From contig JAKQIZ010000078.1 in the NCBI GenBank assembly GCA_029561465.1, positions 6,638 through 70,637 of the forward strand: DNA of 64,000 bases. The letters run 5' to 3'. The stretch is from Deltaproteobacteria bacterium. GTDB lineage: Bacteria; Desulfobacterota; Syntrophia; Syntrophales; UBA8958. A program made the position numbers and the translations under genes. Below are positions 8,826 to 17,677 of this stretch, piece after piece; position 1 is the first letter of the stretch, and every line of letters starts with the position of its first letter. The notes beneath the pieces were generated by a model. That model saw only the letters and a list, made by a program, of their open reading frames with translations, had not been told where the DNA came from and made no database searches.

Positions 8826-9806
8826 TCAGAGGATACTCCGAACGGCCTGGATGATGTCCGTGCTGTTACGGTAATAGGCATTCTCCAGGGCGGTGCTGGC
8901 GGGGGCCGGACAATCGGGCAGGGTGACCCGTGCCACGGGTGCCCGCAGGGCCCCGAAGGCCCTCTCCGCCGCGAGGGCGGAAATTTCCGCCGCCACGCCA
9001 AAGGACCGCCAGCCGCCGTCGGCAACGACGAGCCGGCCGGTTTTCTTTACCGAGGCCAGCAGGGTTTCTCCATCCAGGGGCTTTATCGTCCGGAGATCGA
9101 TTATTTCCGCCGCGATCCCGGCCTCGGCCAACAGTTCCGATGCCTGGAGGGCCTCCTGAACCATAAACGACGAAGCCGCCACGGTTACATCCGTCCCCTC
9201 CCGGACAATTCTGGCCCGGCCGATCTCCACGGTATAGATCTCTTCCGGCACCGGTTCCTCAAGCCGATACAGCCAGCGGTCGTCGATGAAGACCACCGGA
9301 TTCGACTCCCGGATCGCCGCCACCATCAATCCCTTGGCGTCATAGGGGGTGGCGGGCATGACCACCTTCAACCCCGGCGCCTGGGCGAACATGCCGTGCA
9401 GGGCCTGGGAGTGCTGGGCCGCCTGTTCGCCGCCCCGGTTGAGAATCCCCCAGAAGACAACGGGTACGGGCAGGCTGCCGCCGCTCATGTAATACCAGTT
9501 CGCCGCTTCGTTGATGATGGGATCGAAGGCATAAAACATGAAATCCATACGGGGATGGACGACGACGGGCCGCATCCCCGCCAGGGCCGCCCCGACCGCG
9601 GCGCCGGTCATGGCGTTTTCGGATACCGGGGTGTCGATGACCCGTTCGTCGCCGAAGCGCTCCCGCAAGCCCTGAGCGGTGTTGCCCACATACCAGGGGC
9701 TTTTCACCCCCTGGCCGATGAGAAATACCGCGGGGTCCGCCGCCATCGTCTGATGGAGGGCTTCATTTATCGCCAGGCTGTAACTCAGGATTCTATGCGA
9801 AGACAT
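8826..9806 (-). CDS. TPP-dependent 2-oxoacid dehydrogenase E1 component, beta subunit (transketolase-like)
   Basis: LIGQGV, DTPVSENAMTGAAVGAALAGMRPVV and a transketolase C-terminal-like tail. ATG 9806 (MSSHRILSY) is chosen and overlaps the E1-alpha stop by 14 nt. Confidence 0.85.
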   Translation of the reverse strand: MSSHRILSYSLAINEALHQTMAADPAVFLIGQGVKSPWYVGNTAQGLRERFGDERVIDTPVSENAMTGAAVGAALAGMRPVVVHPRMDFMFYAFDPIINEAANWYYMSGGSLPVPVVFWGILNRGGEQAAQHSQALHGMFAQAPGLKVVMPATPYDAKGLMVAAIRESNPVVFIDDRWLYRLEEPVPEEIYTVEIGRARIVREGTDVTVAASSFMVQEALQASELLAEAGIAAEIIDLRTIKPLDGETLLASVKKTGRLVVADGGWRSFGVAAEISALAAERAFGALRAPVARVTLPDCPAPASTALENAYYRNSTDIIQAVRSIL

Positions 9807-10770
9807 ATCTTTCCAGCTCCTCTGTCTTGGGATGGGCGCCGGCTCTGGCAAAAGCGAACGCCTCTTCTACCTCCGCTTCAACTTCCGCCCTTATTCCGTC
9901 CAATTCCCCGGAAGAAAAAAGCCCCCCCGCCAGAAGATAATCGCGCAGCAGTATCAGCGGATCCTTTTTCATCCAGATGTCTATTTCCTCCGGGGGACGG
10001 ATATCGGTATGCTCCCCCTGGATATTGTCATCCGGGCCGACATGGCCTCGATAACGATAGGTCAAAAACTCCAGAAACACGGGACCTGCGCCACGACGGC
10101 ACTTTTCCGCCGCCGCGGTTGCCGCGTCGTAAACGGCCAGCACGTCGTTGCCTTCCACCTGCCGGCTTTCGATACCGAAGGGTGCCGCGATTTCAAAGAT
10201 ATCCCGATCCACTCGACATTCCCGGACCGGCATGTGGGTGGCATAGTAATTGTTTTCACAAACGAAAAGGATCGGCAGCTTCTTCAGGGCAGCAAAGTTC
10301 ATGCTTTCGTAAAGCACCCCCTCCCCCGTGGCCCCGTCACCGAAAAACGTCACGGCCACACGGCCGTCCCTCCTGATGACCGACGCCAGGGCCGCTCCCA
10401 GGGCCAGGGAGATCGTCCCCGCAACGATCGGCGCCGCCCCCAGCATGCCCACTTCCGGGGCGATGAGGTGCATGGATCCCCCGCGTCCCCGGGAACATCC
10501 CTCCTCCCGGCAGAAGATCTCCGCCGCCATCTTCTCCATGGAACCGCCCTTGGCCAGATAATGCCCGTGGGAGCGGTGGTTCCCGAAGACATAATCCCCA
10601 TCGGTCAGGGCCGCGCAGACACCCACGGCGACCCCTTCCTCTCCGCTGTACAGATGGCAGGGGCAGCGAATTTCGCCGCTGAGGATCGGCGCCACAAAGG
10701 TCTCCTCACAGAGGCGAATCCGCAGCATCCGACGGTAAAAATCTTTCAAGAGTTCACGCGAATATTTCAC
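9793..10770 (-). CDS. TPP-dependent 2-oxoacid dehydrogenase E1 component, alpha subunit
   Basis: TPP-binding motif GDGATGEGVLYESMNFAALKKLPILFVCENN. GTG start at 10770, preceded by GGAGG. Confidence 0.85.
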   Translation of the reverse strand: MKYSRELLKDFYRRMLRIRLCEETFVAPILSGEIRCPCHLYSGEEGVAVGVCAALTDGDYVFGNHRSHGHYLAKGGSMEKMAAEIFCREEGCSRGRGGSMHLIAPEVGMLGAAPIVAGTISLALGAALASVIRRDGRVAVTFFGDGATGEGVLYESMNFAALKKLPILFVCENNYYATHMPVRECRVDRDIFEIAAPFGIESRQVEGNDVLAVYDAATAAAEKCRRGAGPVFLEFLTYRYRGHVGPDDNIQGEHTDIRPPEEIDIWMKKDPLILLRDYLLAGGLFSSGELDGIRAEVEAEVEEAFAFARAGAHPKTEELERYVFA

Positions 10771-10798
10771 ATCTCCTCCGTAATACTTATTGAAATCG

Positions 10799-11431
10799 TC
10801 ATCTCAGGCCCCTTCTCATTTCCCGCACCGCCTGGCTTTCCGGTTGAACAACCGCCCGCAGGGTCAGGAAGATGATCTTCAGGTCCATCCAGAAAGATCG
10901 CTCCCTAACATATTTAATCTGTAATTTCAACTTTGTCGGTCTGATCAACTCCATATATGCCTGCTCCGGATCCGCGGCCCCGGCCAGGACCGCCCCCTCG
11001 TCGGCGTTCCAGATGGAGGCCCAATCGGTGATCCCGGGACGGATGGAAAGGATACCAAGCTCTTCCCCGGTAAACATATCCGTATAGTGTTTTACTTCCG
11101 GACGCGGTCCGACGATGCTCATTTCACCCCGAAAAACATTTATCAGTTGCGGCAGTTCATCGATCTTGTACTTGCGGATGAATCTGCCGGTGCGGGTTAT
11201 ACGGTGGTCGTCGGCGGCCGTCGAAGAGGCCCCGCGCTTCTCCGCATCCACCACCATGGTCCTAAATTTGTATATCCGGAACGGCCGGCCGTTTTTCCCC
11301 GTCCTCGCGCCCCGATAGAACACCGGCCCGCTATCTTCCCCCTTGATCATCACCGCGACCAGACACATCAAAGGGCTGAACACCACAAGGAGCAGGGAGG
11401 AGACGATAATGTCGAAGCCGCGTTTAATCAT
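10799..11431 (-). CDS. small monotopic initiating phosphoglycosyltransferase (bacterial sugar transferase, PglC-like)
   Basis: Single N-terminal hydrophobic helix followed by the KFRTM, DELPQL and SIVGPRPE motifs. 210 aa. Confidence 0.9.
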   Translation of the reverse strand: MIKRGFDIIVSSLLLVVFSPLMCLVAVMIKGEDSGPVFYRGARTGKNGRPFRIYKFRTMVVDAEKRGASSTAADDHRITRTGRFIRKYKIDELPQLINVFRGEMSIVGPRPEVKHYTDMFTGEELGILSIRPGITDWASIWNADEGAVLAGAADPEQAYMELIRPTKLKLQIKYVRERSFWMDLKIIFLTLRAVVQPESQAVREMRRGLR

Positions 11432-12243
11432 GTTCGTCCGTTGGTCGCCACGGCATAGATTATCTTGTGATCGCGATCAGGCCGGACAGCGGAAATGGCA
11501 ACCGGCGGTTCATAGTCGGTCATCCCCTCCTGCAGTTGCGCCGGCAATGCCCGGAGCGGTCCCAGAAAAAGACGCTTGAGATAGGTACGGGCGGCCAGAC
11601 TGCCGGGGATGAGATTCAGACGGACGGCGATCCGTTTTAACGCCGAGACAACCATTTGCAGGCGGCTTGGTTCGGGGATGGAAAATCCTCCATACAGAAC
11701 AACGGACGAAAAATCTCTCCTCAAAAGCTCGTAGAGCTCCGGAACGGAAAAATAGCGGTGTGTATAAGGCGAGGGGTGGAAATCCGCCCAGTCTTTATTG
11801 ACGGTACCGATAATCAACCGGCCGTTGCGGTTCAGCACCCGTTTTGCCTCCGTGACGAAAAGTTCCGGCTTGGCGAGATAATAGATTGCCTCGAATAAGA
11901 GCAGGAGGTCAAAGCTGCCGTCGGGAAATGTCAACTCATGGGCATCCAGCCAGATTATCTCCGGAGTCGCCGCAGATTCTTCACCCCTGGCCCAGTCACG
12001 ATAAATTCCTTTCGCAATCTCCAGATTTACCTCGTCGATGTCGCCCCCCACTACCCGCCTCGCGGAACACGCCAGGTAGCCCAACCCGATGCCGGCGCCG
12101 CAGGCCACCTCCAGGACGCTGGCCGCCCGGGCATAGTCAGCGGCAAAGCGATAGCGGTGATAGATACGTTCCAACTGTTCCCGGGTGGCCTTAAGGCCGG
12201 GTTTTTCCGTGACGGTGTGAAAAGATGAACCGGATGCCTTCAT
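11428..12243 (-). CDS. class I SAM-dependent methyltransferase
   Basis: Motif I LEVACGAGIGLGYLA. ATGA overlaps at both ends (11428..11431, 12240..12243). Confidence 0.8.
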   Translation of the reverse strand: MKASGSSFHTVTEKPGLKATREQLERIYHRYRFAADYARAASVLEVACGAGIGLGYLACSARRVVGGDIDEVNLEIAKGIYRDWARGEESAATPEIIWLDAHELTFPDGSFDLLLLFEAIYYLAKPELFVTEAKRVLNRNGRLIIGTVNKDWADFHPSPYTHRYFSVPELYELLRRDFSSVVLYGGFSIPEPSRLQMVVSALKRIAVRLNLIPGSLAARTYLKRLFLGPLRALPAQLQEGMTDYEPPVAISAVRPDRDHKIIYAVATNGRT

Positions 12244-13400
12244 ATTGCCCCGACATTATTTAGGATCGTTTTCACCACCCGGCGGTCATCAAACTCCCGC
12301 TCGATTTTTATCCGGGAATATTCCCCCATCCTCTCCCTTTTTCGATCATCATGGAATATCCGTAAAATAGCTTCCTTCAGCGCGCGCGTGTCCCGGGGGG
12401 GGATGAGATAGCCGTTGCGGCCGTGTTCCACCGGTCCCCGGCATTGGGGCAGATCGGTAGTGATTACCGGCTTGCCAAAGGCCATGGGTTCAAGGAGGGC
12501 CCGGGGATACCCCCCTTCGTTGTAGTAAGAGGGAAGCACGGCAAGATCGCTGAGGGCATAGATATTCTTGACGTCTTTCCGGAATCCCAGCCAGAAGAAA
12601 TTGTCAATTTTACCTTTTTCCTGAACAAACGCTGCCGGCACCTCGTCGGGATGCCCCCGCTCTTCCGGGGCAATCAAAACGAATTTGATGTCCGGTCGTT
12701 CGTCCACCAATGATGCCGCGGTTTCGATAAACTCCCGGATACCCTTCGACCAGATCAACCGGCCCACCATGACCACAAGCTTTTCATCCCCCCGCAGGGA
12801 CAGCTCCTGTCTGAGTCTGTCCAGTTCATCCCCGTCAATACAGTTTTGTGAATACTCGACAATATCGAGGGCATTGGTTGTCTTTACGACCTTTTCGTCT
12901 CCCACCAGCCCGGTCTTCAAGAAGAAATCCATATCCCCCTGATTGGTGAACCAGACGATGTCACTCATCCGGCAGGCCAAACGATACAGGCTTTTAACAA
13001 TTCCCTGCAGCAGGTGGCCCTTGAGGTCAGACTGCGGCAGGAAAGGTCCCCCCAGTCCCCTCACGGCACAGACGATCTTCTCCACCCCTGCCAGTCGGGC
13101 GGCAATCGCCCCCAAGACATTCGGCTTGGTGGTAAAATTTATCAAGACATCAAATTTCTCCCGGCGGCAAATATTATATACCGACCGGAAACAGTCCAAA
13201 TCCGACCAAGGATCGACATATCTGTTCAATCGCACGGGGTAGTGCCTGATGGCAAGCTTATCGAGCTGGTCGATGTAATTCATCAATACCGGACTGATCG
13301 TATATGCTTCGATATGATCCATGCCCGCGATGAACTTCAGGAAACTCTTGGCAAAAATTACGGTGGAAAGGTCGTCAGGACAAAAGAAGGCGATTTTCAT
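12240..13400 (-). CDS. glycosyltransferase family 4 (GT-B)
   Basis: C-terminal EGGYPRALLEPMAFGKPVITTD (EX7E-type motif). 386 aa. Confidence 0.8.
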   Translation of the reverse strand: MKIAFFCPDDLSTVIFAKSFLKFIAGMDHIEAYTISPVLMNYIDQLDKLAIRHYPVRLNRYVDPWSDLDCFRSVYNICRREKFDVLINFTTKPNVLGAIAARLAGVEKIVCAVRGLGGPFLPQSDLKGHLLQGIVKSLYRLACRMSDIVWFTNQGDMDFFLKTGLVGDEKVVKTTNALDIVEYSQNCIDGDELDRLRQELSLRGDEKLVVMVGRLIWSKGIREFIETAASLVDERPDIKFVLIAPEERGHPDEVPAAFVQEKGKIDNFFWLGFRKDVKNIYALSDLAVLPSYYNEGGYPRALLEPMAFGKPVITTDLPQCRGPVEHGRNGYLIPPRDTRALKEAILRIFHDDRKRERMGEYSRIKIEREFDDRRVVKTILNNVGAI

Positions 13401-15291
13401 TCATGTTTCCCCACATGGCCAGCATAAACAATATCCATACCCGCTTTGACCACCGGTCGGGATCAAGGGGCAATTTTTCGTCTAAAAGATCGTTTACATA
13501 CCGCCGGTCGAACAGATCCAGGACAATACCGTCTCTGGTAAGGCAGGCATCGTAAACCATATCCCGCAGATCTTCCCGCAGCCATTTGATCAGGGGGATT
13601 TCAAAGCCCCGCTTCGGGGCCAGGGAAATCTCCGCGGGCAAATACCTCTTTGCCAGCGATCTCAGGACCGGTTTGGTGCGGAGGTCGGCCAGCAGGATGT
13701 CCCTGGGCAGGCTGAATGCCCATTCGATCAGGCGGTGATCCAGGAAAGGATTTCGACCTTCCAGGCCGTGAGCCATCGTGGCGATATCCATCTTGACCAG
13801 CATGTCGTCATGCATGTTCAGAAAGAAATCCCAGGCCATGAACTGATCGAAGGGGGCGTCGGATGCATGATCGGCCGCTTTTGCCGCCAGCACCTGGGGG
13901 GAAGATTCCCGGATAAGGGGGCGGCACCGATAGAGGTCCCCTTTCTCCCGCTCATCGAAGCCATCCACGCACCAGGCAATGTAACGATCGTAAGGAGTTT
14001 TCCCCAAACCCCGCAGATAACGGTGGGCGAAGGCATATGCGGTGCGAAAATCCCCGGGCGGAGGGAGAATGCGGTTGGCCAAGGCAAAGATTGCCTCCGG
14101 AATCAACCGGAAGAGCGCACCGAATTGATCGTAAAACTTCATGGCCAGATGGCGGCGGTACCCGCAAAAGAGCTCATCTCCCCCTTCTCCGTTGATGACC
14201 ACCTTGACGTATTTTCTCGCCTCGGCGGCGATGCACAACGACGGCACGGCCGAGGCATCGGCAAATGGTTCATCATAAGCCTGGATCAGTTGCGGTAAGA
14301 GTTCCCGGATATCAGGTTTGATGGTGAGAACGTGATGTTCCGTTCCGTATTGTCTTGCCACCAGCGCCGCTCCCGGTCCCTCGTCGAACAGGCCGTCCTC
14401 GATGGCTACCGTGAAGGTCTGTAATTTCCTGTCCATTTGCAGGGCGGCGACGGCCGTCAGCAACCCGCTGTCCACGCCTCCCGAGAGGAAACATCCCACG
14501 GGCACGTCGGCCCGCAACCTGATCCTCACCGCCTCCTTCAGCAGCACCTCGGCCTCGTCGACGGCAGCGGCGAAAGAGATCCGTTCCCGTCTGTTTGATC
14601 GGGACAGGACCCAGTATGGCCGGGAGGCGGCGGACAAATCGCTGTTGAATACCACATAATGGCCGGCGGGAATTTCTTCTATACCCCGGTACACCGTTCC
14701 CGGCGCCGGCACATAACCGAACGTCAGATAATGATATATGGCTTCCGGGGCCACGGATAAATCGACGTTCTCAAGGACCTTGAAGGCCTTGATCTCCGAT
14801 GCAAAATACAAGGTCCGAGAGGCAATCATATAGTACAGGGGCTTTTTCCCCGCCCGGTCCCGGACCAGAGTCAGGCGGCGTTCACGGTCATCCCAAAGGG
14901 CAAAGGCAAACATTCCCGCCACTCGCGCCAGGGCCGCCTCCGTTCCCCAGTGGCTCAACGCCGCCAGCAGCACCTCCGTATCGGAATGGCCATGAAAGGC
15001 AAATCCCTCTTTACGGAGCTCATCTCGCAGCTCCAGGTAGTTGTATATCTCCCCGTTAAATACTATGACAAAACGTCCGCACGAAGAAACCATGGGCTGA
15101 TGCCCATCCCTGGTCAGATCGATGATGGACAGCCGGCGGTGTCCCAACGCCAGGGCGCCGGCGGCATCGGTCCAGCATCCCTCGTCGTCCGGTCCGCGAT
15201 GCTTGAGCGCCGCCGCCATTTTCCGCGCCGTGACCGCCAACGATTCCTTACTTTGAGAAAATGCTGAAAATATGCCGGCAATACCGCACAT
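13375..15291 (-). CDS. asparagine synthase (glutamine-hydrolysing)-family amidotransferase, copy 1
   Basis: MCGIAG N-terminal nucleophile Cys. PP-loop FLSGGVDS. 638 aa. Confidence 0.9.
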   Translation of the reverse strand: MCGIAGIFSAFSQSKESLAVTARKMAAALKHRGPDDEGCWTDAAGALALGHRRLSIIDLTRDGHQPMVSSCGRFVIVFNGEIYNYLELRDELRKEGFAFHGHSDTEVLLAALSHWGTEAALARVAGMFAFALWDDRERRLTLVRDRAGKKPLYYMIASRTLYFASEIKAFKVLENVDLSVAPEAIYHYLTFGYVPAPGTVYRGIEEIPAGHYVVFNSDLSAASRPYWVLSRSNRRERISFAAAVDEAEVLLKEAVRIRLRADVPVGCFLSGGVDSGLLTAVAALQMDRKLQTFTVAIEDGLFDEGPGAALVARQYGTEHHVLTIKPDIRELLPQLIQAYDEPFADASAVPSLCIAAEARKYVKVVINGEGGDELFCGYRRHLAMKFYDQFGALFRLIPEAIFALANRILPPPGDFRTAYAFAHRYLRGLGKTPYDRYIAWCVDGFDEREKGDLYRCRPLIRESSPQVLAAKAADHASDAPFDQFMAWDFFLNMHDDMLVKMDIATMAHGLEGRNPFLDHRLIEWAFSLPRDILLADLRTKPVLRSLAKRYLPAEISLAPKRGFEIPLIKWLREDLRDMVYDACLTRDGIVLDLFDRRYVNDLLDEKLPLDPDRWSKRVWILFMLAMWGNMNENRLLLS

Positions 15292-15305
15292 CGCTATCTC
15301 TTTAG

Positions 15306-15992
15306 TTAAGAAGGGATCTTTTCGAGCAGCAAGAGGACTTCCGATGACAGCATCGGAACGACCGGCATTATCTTCCTGATGGCCAATCCTTCCCTATGCA
15401 CCTCCCGCCGCAATTCTTCCCTCTTCAGCGGATAGGGCGCAAACCGATGGCATTGGTTGGCAAACCTCACCATCCGGCGCTTGAAACGCTGGGCGGGACT
15501 ATCCAGGCTGTAAGAAAGGATGAGGAATCTTTCGGTGAGGCGGCAAAGCGCCCGGAGCGACTCCGCCCTGATCAGGGGAGGGACACGATGCATGAAACCC
15601 AGCACGACGACGCATCCATAGGCATCGTTTTTGAAGGGCGGACAGGTAATGTCGGCCTGCACGAATCCTCGGCATTGTCCCTTTTTGTAAGCATAAACAG
15701 CGAGCCGCATCATCTCCCGGGATATATCGGCCGCCACGACCCGGAAGGGAAATTCAGCGAGCGTCTCAGCCAAAACACCCGTGCCGCAGGGAATATCGAG
15801 AATGATTTCTTGCGGCCCCAGGTCACATAACCTGAGCAGCGCCGCGACTCCGCGCTTCTCTCTCGCCGTGGCAAAACGGGCCCAAGTAAGTTGATCCGTA
15901 TGTTGCCGCCGGTATTCAGCCGCTTTGTAACGATCCCGGTAAGCCCGGCGCGTCTGCCGTTCATAATCGCTTTCCGGCACCGAGCCCTTCAA
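15306..15992 (-). CDS. class I SAM-dependent methyltransferase
   Basis: Motif I ILDIPCGTGVLAE. The start codon is TTG (15992) or GTG (15980). There is no nearby in-frame ATG. Confidence 0.75.
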   Translation of the reverse strand: MKGSVPESDYERQTRRAYRDRYKAAEYRRQHTDQLTWARFATAREKRGVAALLRLCDLGPQEIILDIPCGTGVLAETLAEFPFRVVAADISREMMRLAVYAYKKGQCRGFVQADITCPPFKNDAYGCVVVLGFMHRVPPLIRAESLRALCRLTERFLILSYSLDSPAQRFKRRMVRFANQCHRFAPYPLKREELRREVHREGLAIRKIMPVVPMLSSEVLLLLEKIPS

Positions 15993-17052
15993 CCTCCCTG
16001 CGCAATTGTTCCTTATAGAATGGATCGATGTACGTCTTTCGCAAAATCATCTTGATCAGACCGGGCCACGTTTTCAAATCCAGGGCGACATTCGCCAAAT
16101 ACCAGTGTTTAAGAAGCTCCTTGATGATTAGAAGCCCAAGAAGCCTGCTTTGGTGAGGAATCTCATCCCCATAGTAACCGTCAAGAAACCTCTTTTCGTA
16201 CTGATATCCCGGACTGAGACGCAGAAACAGCAAAGGGGTTCCCCAGAAGATGATCCGACAGGTCACAATGAATCGCGCCAGATCCGCCTCGGGAAAATCC
16301 ACCTTGCTTTTCCCGGGGTCAAGGATAAAACATCTGCCGTTGCCATCGGCAAGGATATTTCTGATATCCAACCCTTTGAGGGTTAAAGCGGCTCCGGCAC
16401 CTCCGGTGGGAGCTCCCATCGCTTTCAGGACGCGGTCCAATTGATCCAGAAATTTCCTTTCCCGACCGCGGGACTGGAGTCGGCACAAATATTTATCGAT
16501 CTTGTGAAAAGTCTCGTACGGCACCGTCGCCATTCTCTTTTCCGAGGCGCGATGGTAAAAACGAACCGTTTTCCCCAAGCGATCGAGGCAATCATCCATA
16601 AAATCCGCTTGACCTCGGGGATCGATCCGCTTGCGCAATGCGCAACGACGGAAAGATGCCAATATGGGCCTCCCGGCGACCCTTTCCGTTACAATGGCAT
16701 TATCGTCCGCCAGATAGGCAACCGGTTTGACAAAGGCCACCGCCAGGCTGTCGGGTAGATCGAGCTTCGCTAACGACGAAAGGCTGTCGTATTCATTTTT
16801 CCCGAGGGCCCTGTCCGCTTGAGACAAGGGGCAAATATTCCTTGCTTCCTTTTTATGCAGATCCATTTTGGGTATCTTGACGTAGTATCCTCTTCCCCTC
16901 TCGTCACCCCTTTTTTCCAGCCAGAAGCAGACGGAAAAATCATTGATTTCCAACGGCCCGACGCATATTCCGTTGTCGGGATCCGTATTCGGCCAGATCC
17001 GCCGGGCCACTCGCCTTGACAGCGAGGAACGGACTTCCGCATTGGTGAGCAT
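15961..17052 (-). CDS. hypothetical protein, possibly protein-kinase-like/LPS-kinase-like fold
   Basis: GRGYYVKIPK (Gly-rich loop plus Lys), LDIRNIL (catalytic-loop-like but with atypical D-N spacing), ILDPG (DFG-like). Coding is likely; the function is weakly supported. Confidence 0.5.
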   Translation of the reverse strand: MLTNAEVRSSLSRRVARRIWPNTDPDNGICVGPLEINDFSVCFWLEKRGDERGRGYYVKIPKMDLHKKEARNICPLSQADRALGKNEYDSLSSLAKLDLPDSLAVAFVKPVAYLADDNAIVTERVAGRPILASFRRCALRKRIDPRGQADFMDDCLDRLGKTVRFYHRASEKRMATVPYETFHKIDKYLCRLQSRGRERKFLDQLDRVLKAMGAPTGGAGAALTLKGLDIRNILADGNGRCFILDPGKSKVDFPEADLARFIVTCRIIFWGTPLLFLRLSPGYQYEKRFLDGYYGDEIPHQSRLLGLLIIKELLKHWYLANVALDLKTWPGLIKMILRKTYIDPFYKEQLRREVEGLGAGKRL

Positions 17053-17134
17053 AGCCCGTCTATCGCTTTAACCGACCGGACCGGCAAATTCGTGTCTGCA
17101 TCTCATGTACCGATCACGCCGAAGGATGAAATGA

Positions 17135-17677
17135 TCAGGAAGAGAACTCCTGCCACTTTTCATTGACAAAACCGTACAACGCCGCCGTCGACTGTTCGAT
17201 AGTCTCGATGCGGGAATCGATTGTCAGGTCGGGAGAATCCGGCGGCTCGTAAATATTGGAGGGAGAAAAACCGATGAGGTTGTTCAGCTTGTTTTCCCGG
17301 GCCAGTTTGTATAGCCCCTTGACGTCGCGCCGCATGACGGTGTCAAGATCGGCGGCGAAGAATATCTCATAAAAACGGTCGCCCAGAAGAGAACGGGCAT
17401 GCGCCCGAGATGATTGGTAAGGGGAGATGATGGGAACCAGGATGATATCGTAACCGCCGCTCGCTTCCAGACAAAGATCCGCGATCAGCCGGTTGTTTTC
17501 GATTATATCCGCCACTGAGAATCCGAGCTGGATGTGCAGCCGGTTCCGGACATCATCGCCGTCCAGGATGAGCACCGTCCTGCCGGCTGCCTCCAAACGG
17601 CTTTTGACGGCGGTGGCGACGGTGGTCTTTCCCGAACCGGAAAGGCCGGTGAACCAAAACACGAGCGCCGTTTTCAT
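17135..17677 (-). CDS. cysC: adenylyl-sulfate (APS) kinase
   Basis: P-loop FTGLSGSGKTT, LDGDDVR, 180 aa. ATG 17677 forms an ATGA overlap with the upstream stop. The longer ORF start at 17854 is rejected. Confidence 0.9.
   Translation of the reverse strand: MKTALVFWFTGLSGSGKTTVATAVKSRLEAAGRTVLILDGDDVRNRLHIQLGFSVADIIENNRLIADLCLEASGGYDIILVPIISPYQSSRAHARSLLGDRFYEIFFAADLDTVMRRDVKGLYKLARENKLNNLIGFSPSNIYEPPDSPDLTIDSRIETIEQSTAALYGFVNEKWQEFSS

Noticed and set aside
5039-10376. Long + strand ORFs antisense to the minus-strand genes (5039..6274, 6271..7329, 7504..8775 and 8715..10376). Similar ones occur elsewhere, such as 30127..31047, 42876..44132, 53328..54935, 56951..58186 and 61072..62565.
   Set aside because: Their translations are Arg/Pro/Gly/His-rich with no recognisable motifs. 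They lie exactly opposite genes with clear family signatures. These are typical shadow ORFs of GC-rich DNA.
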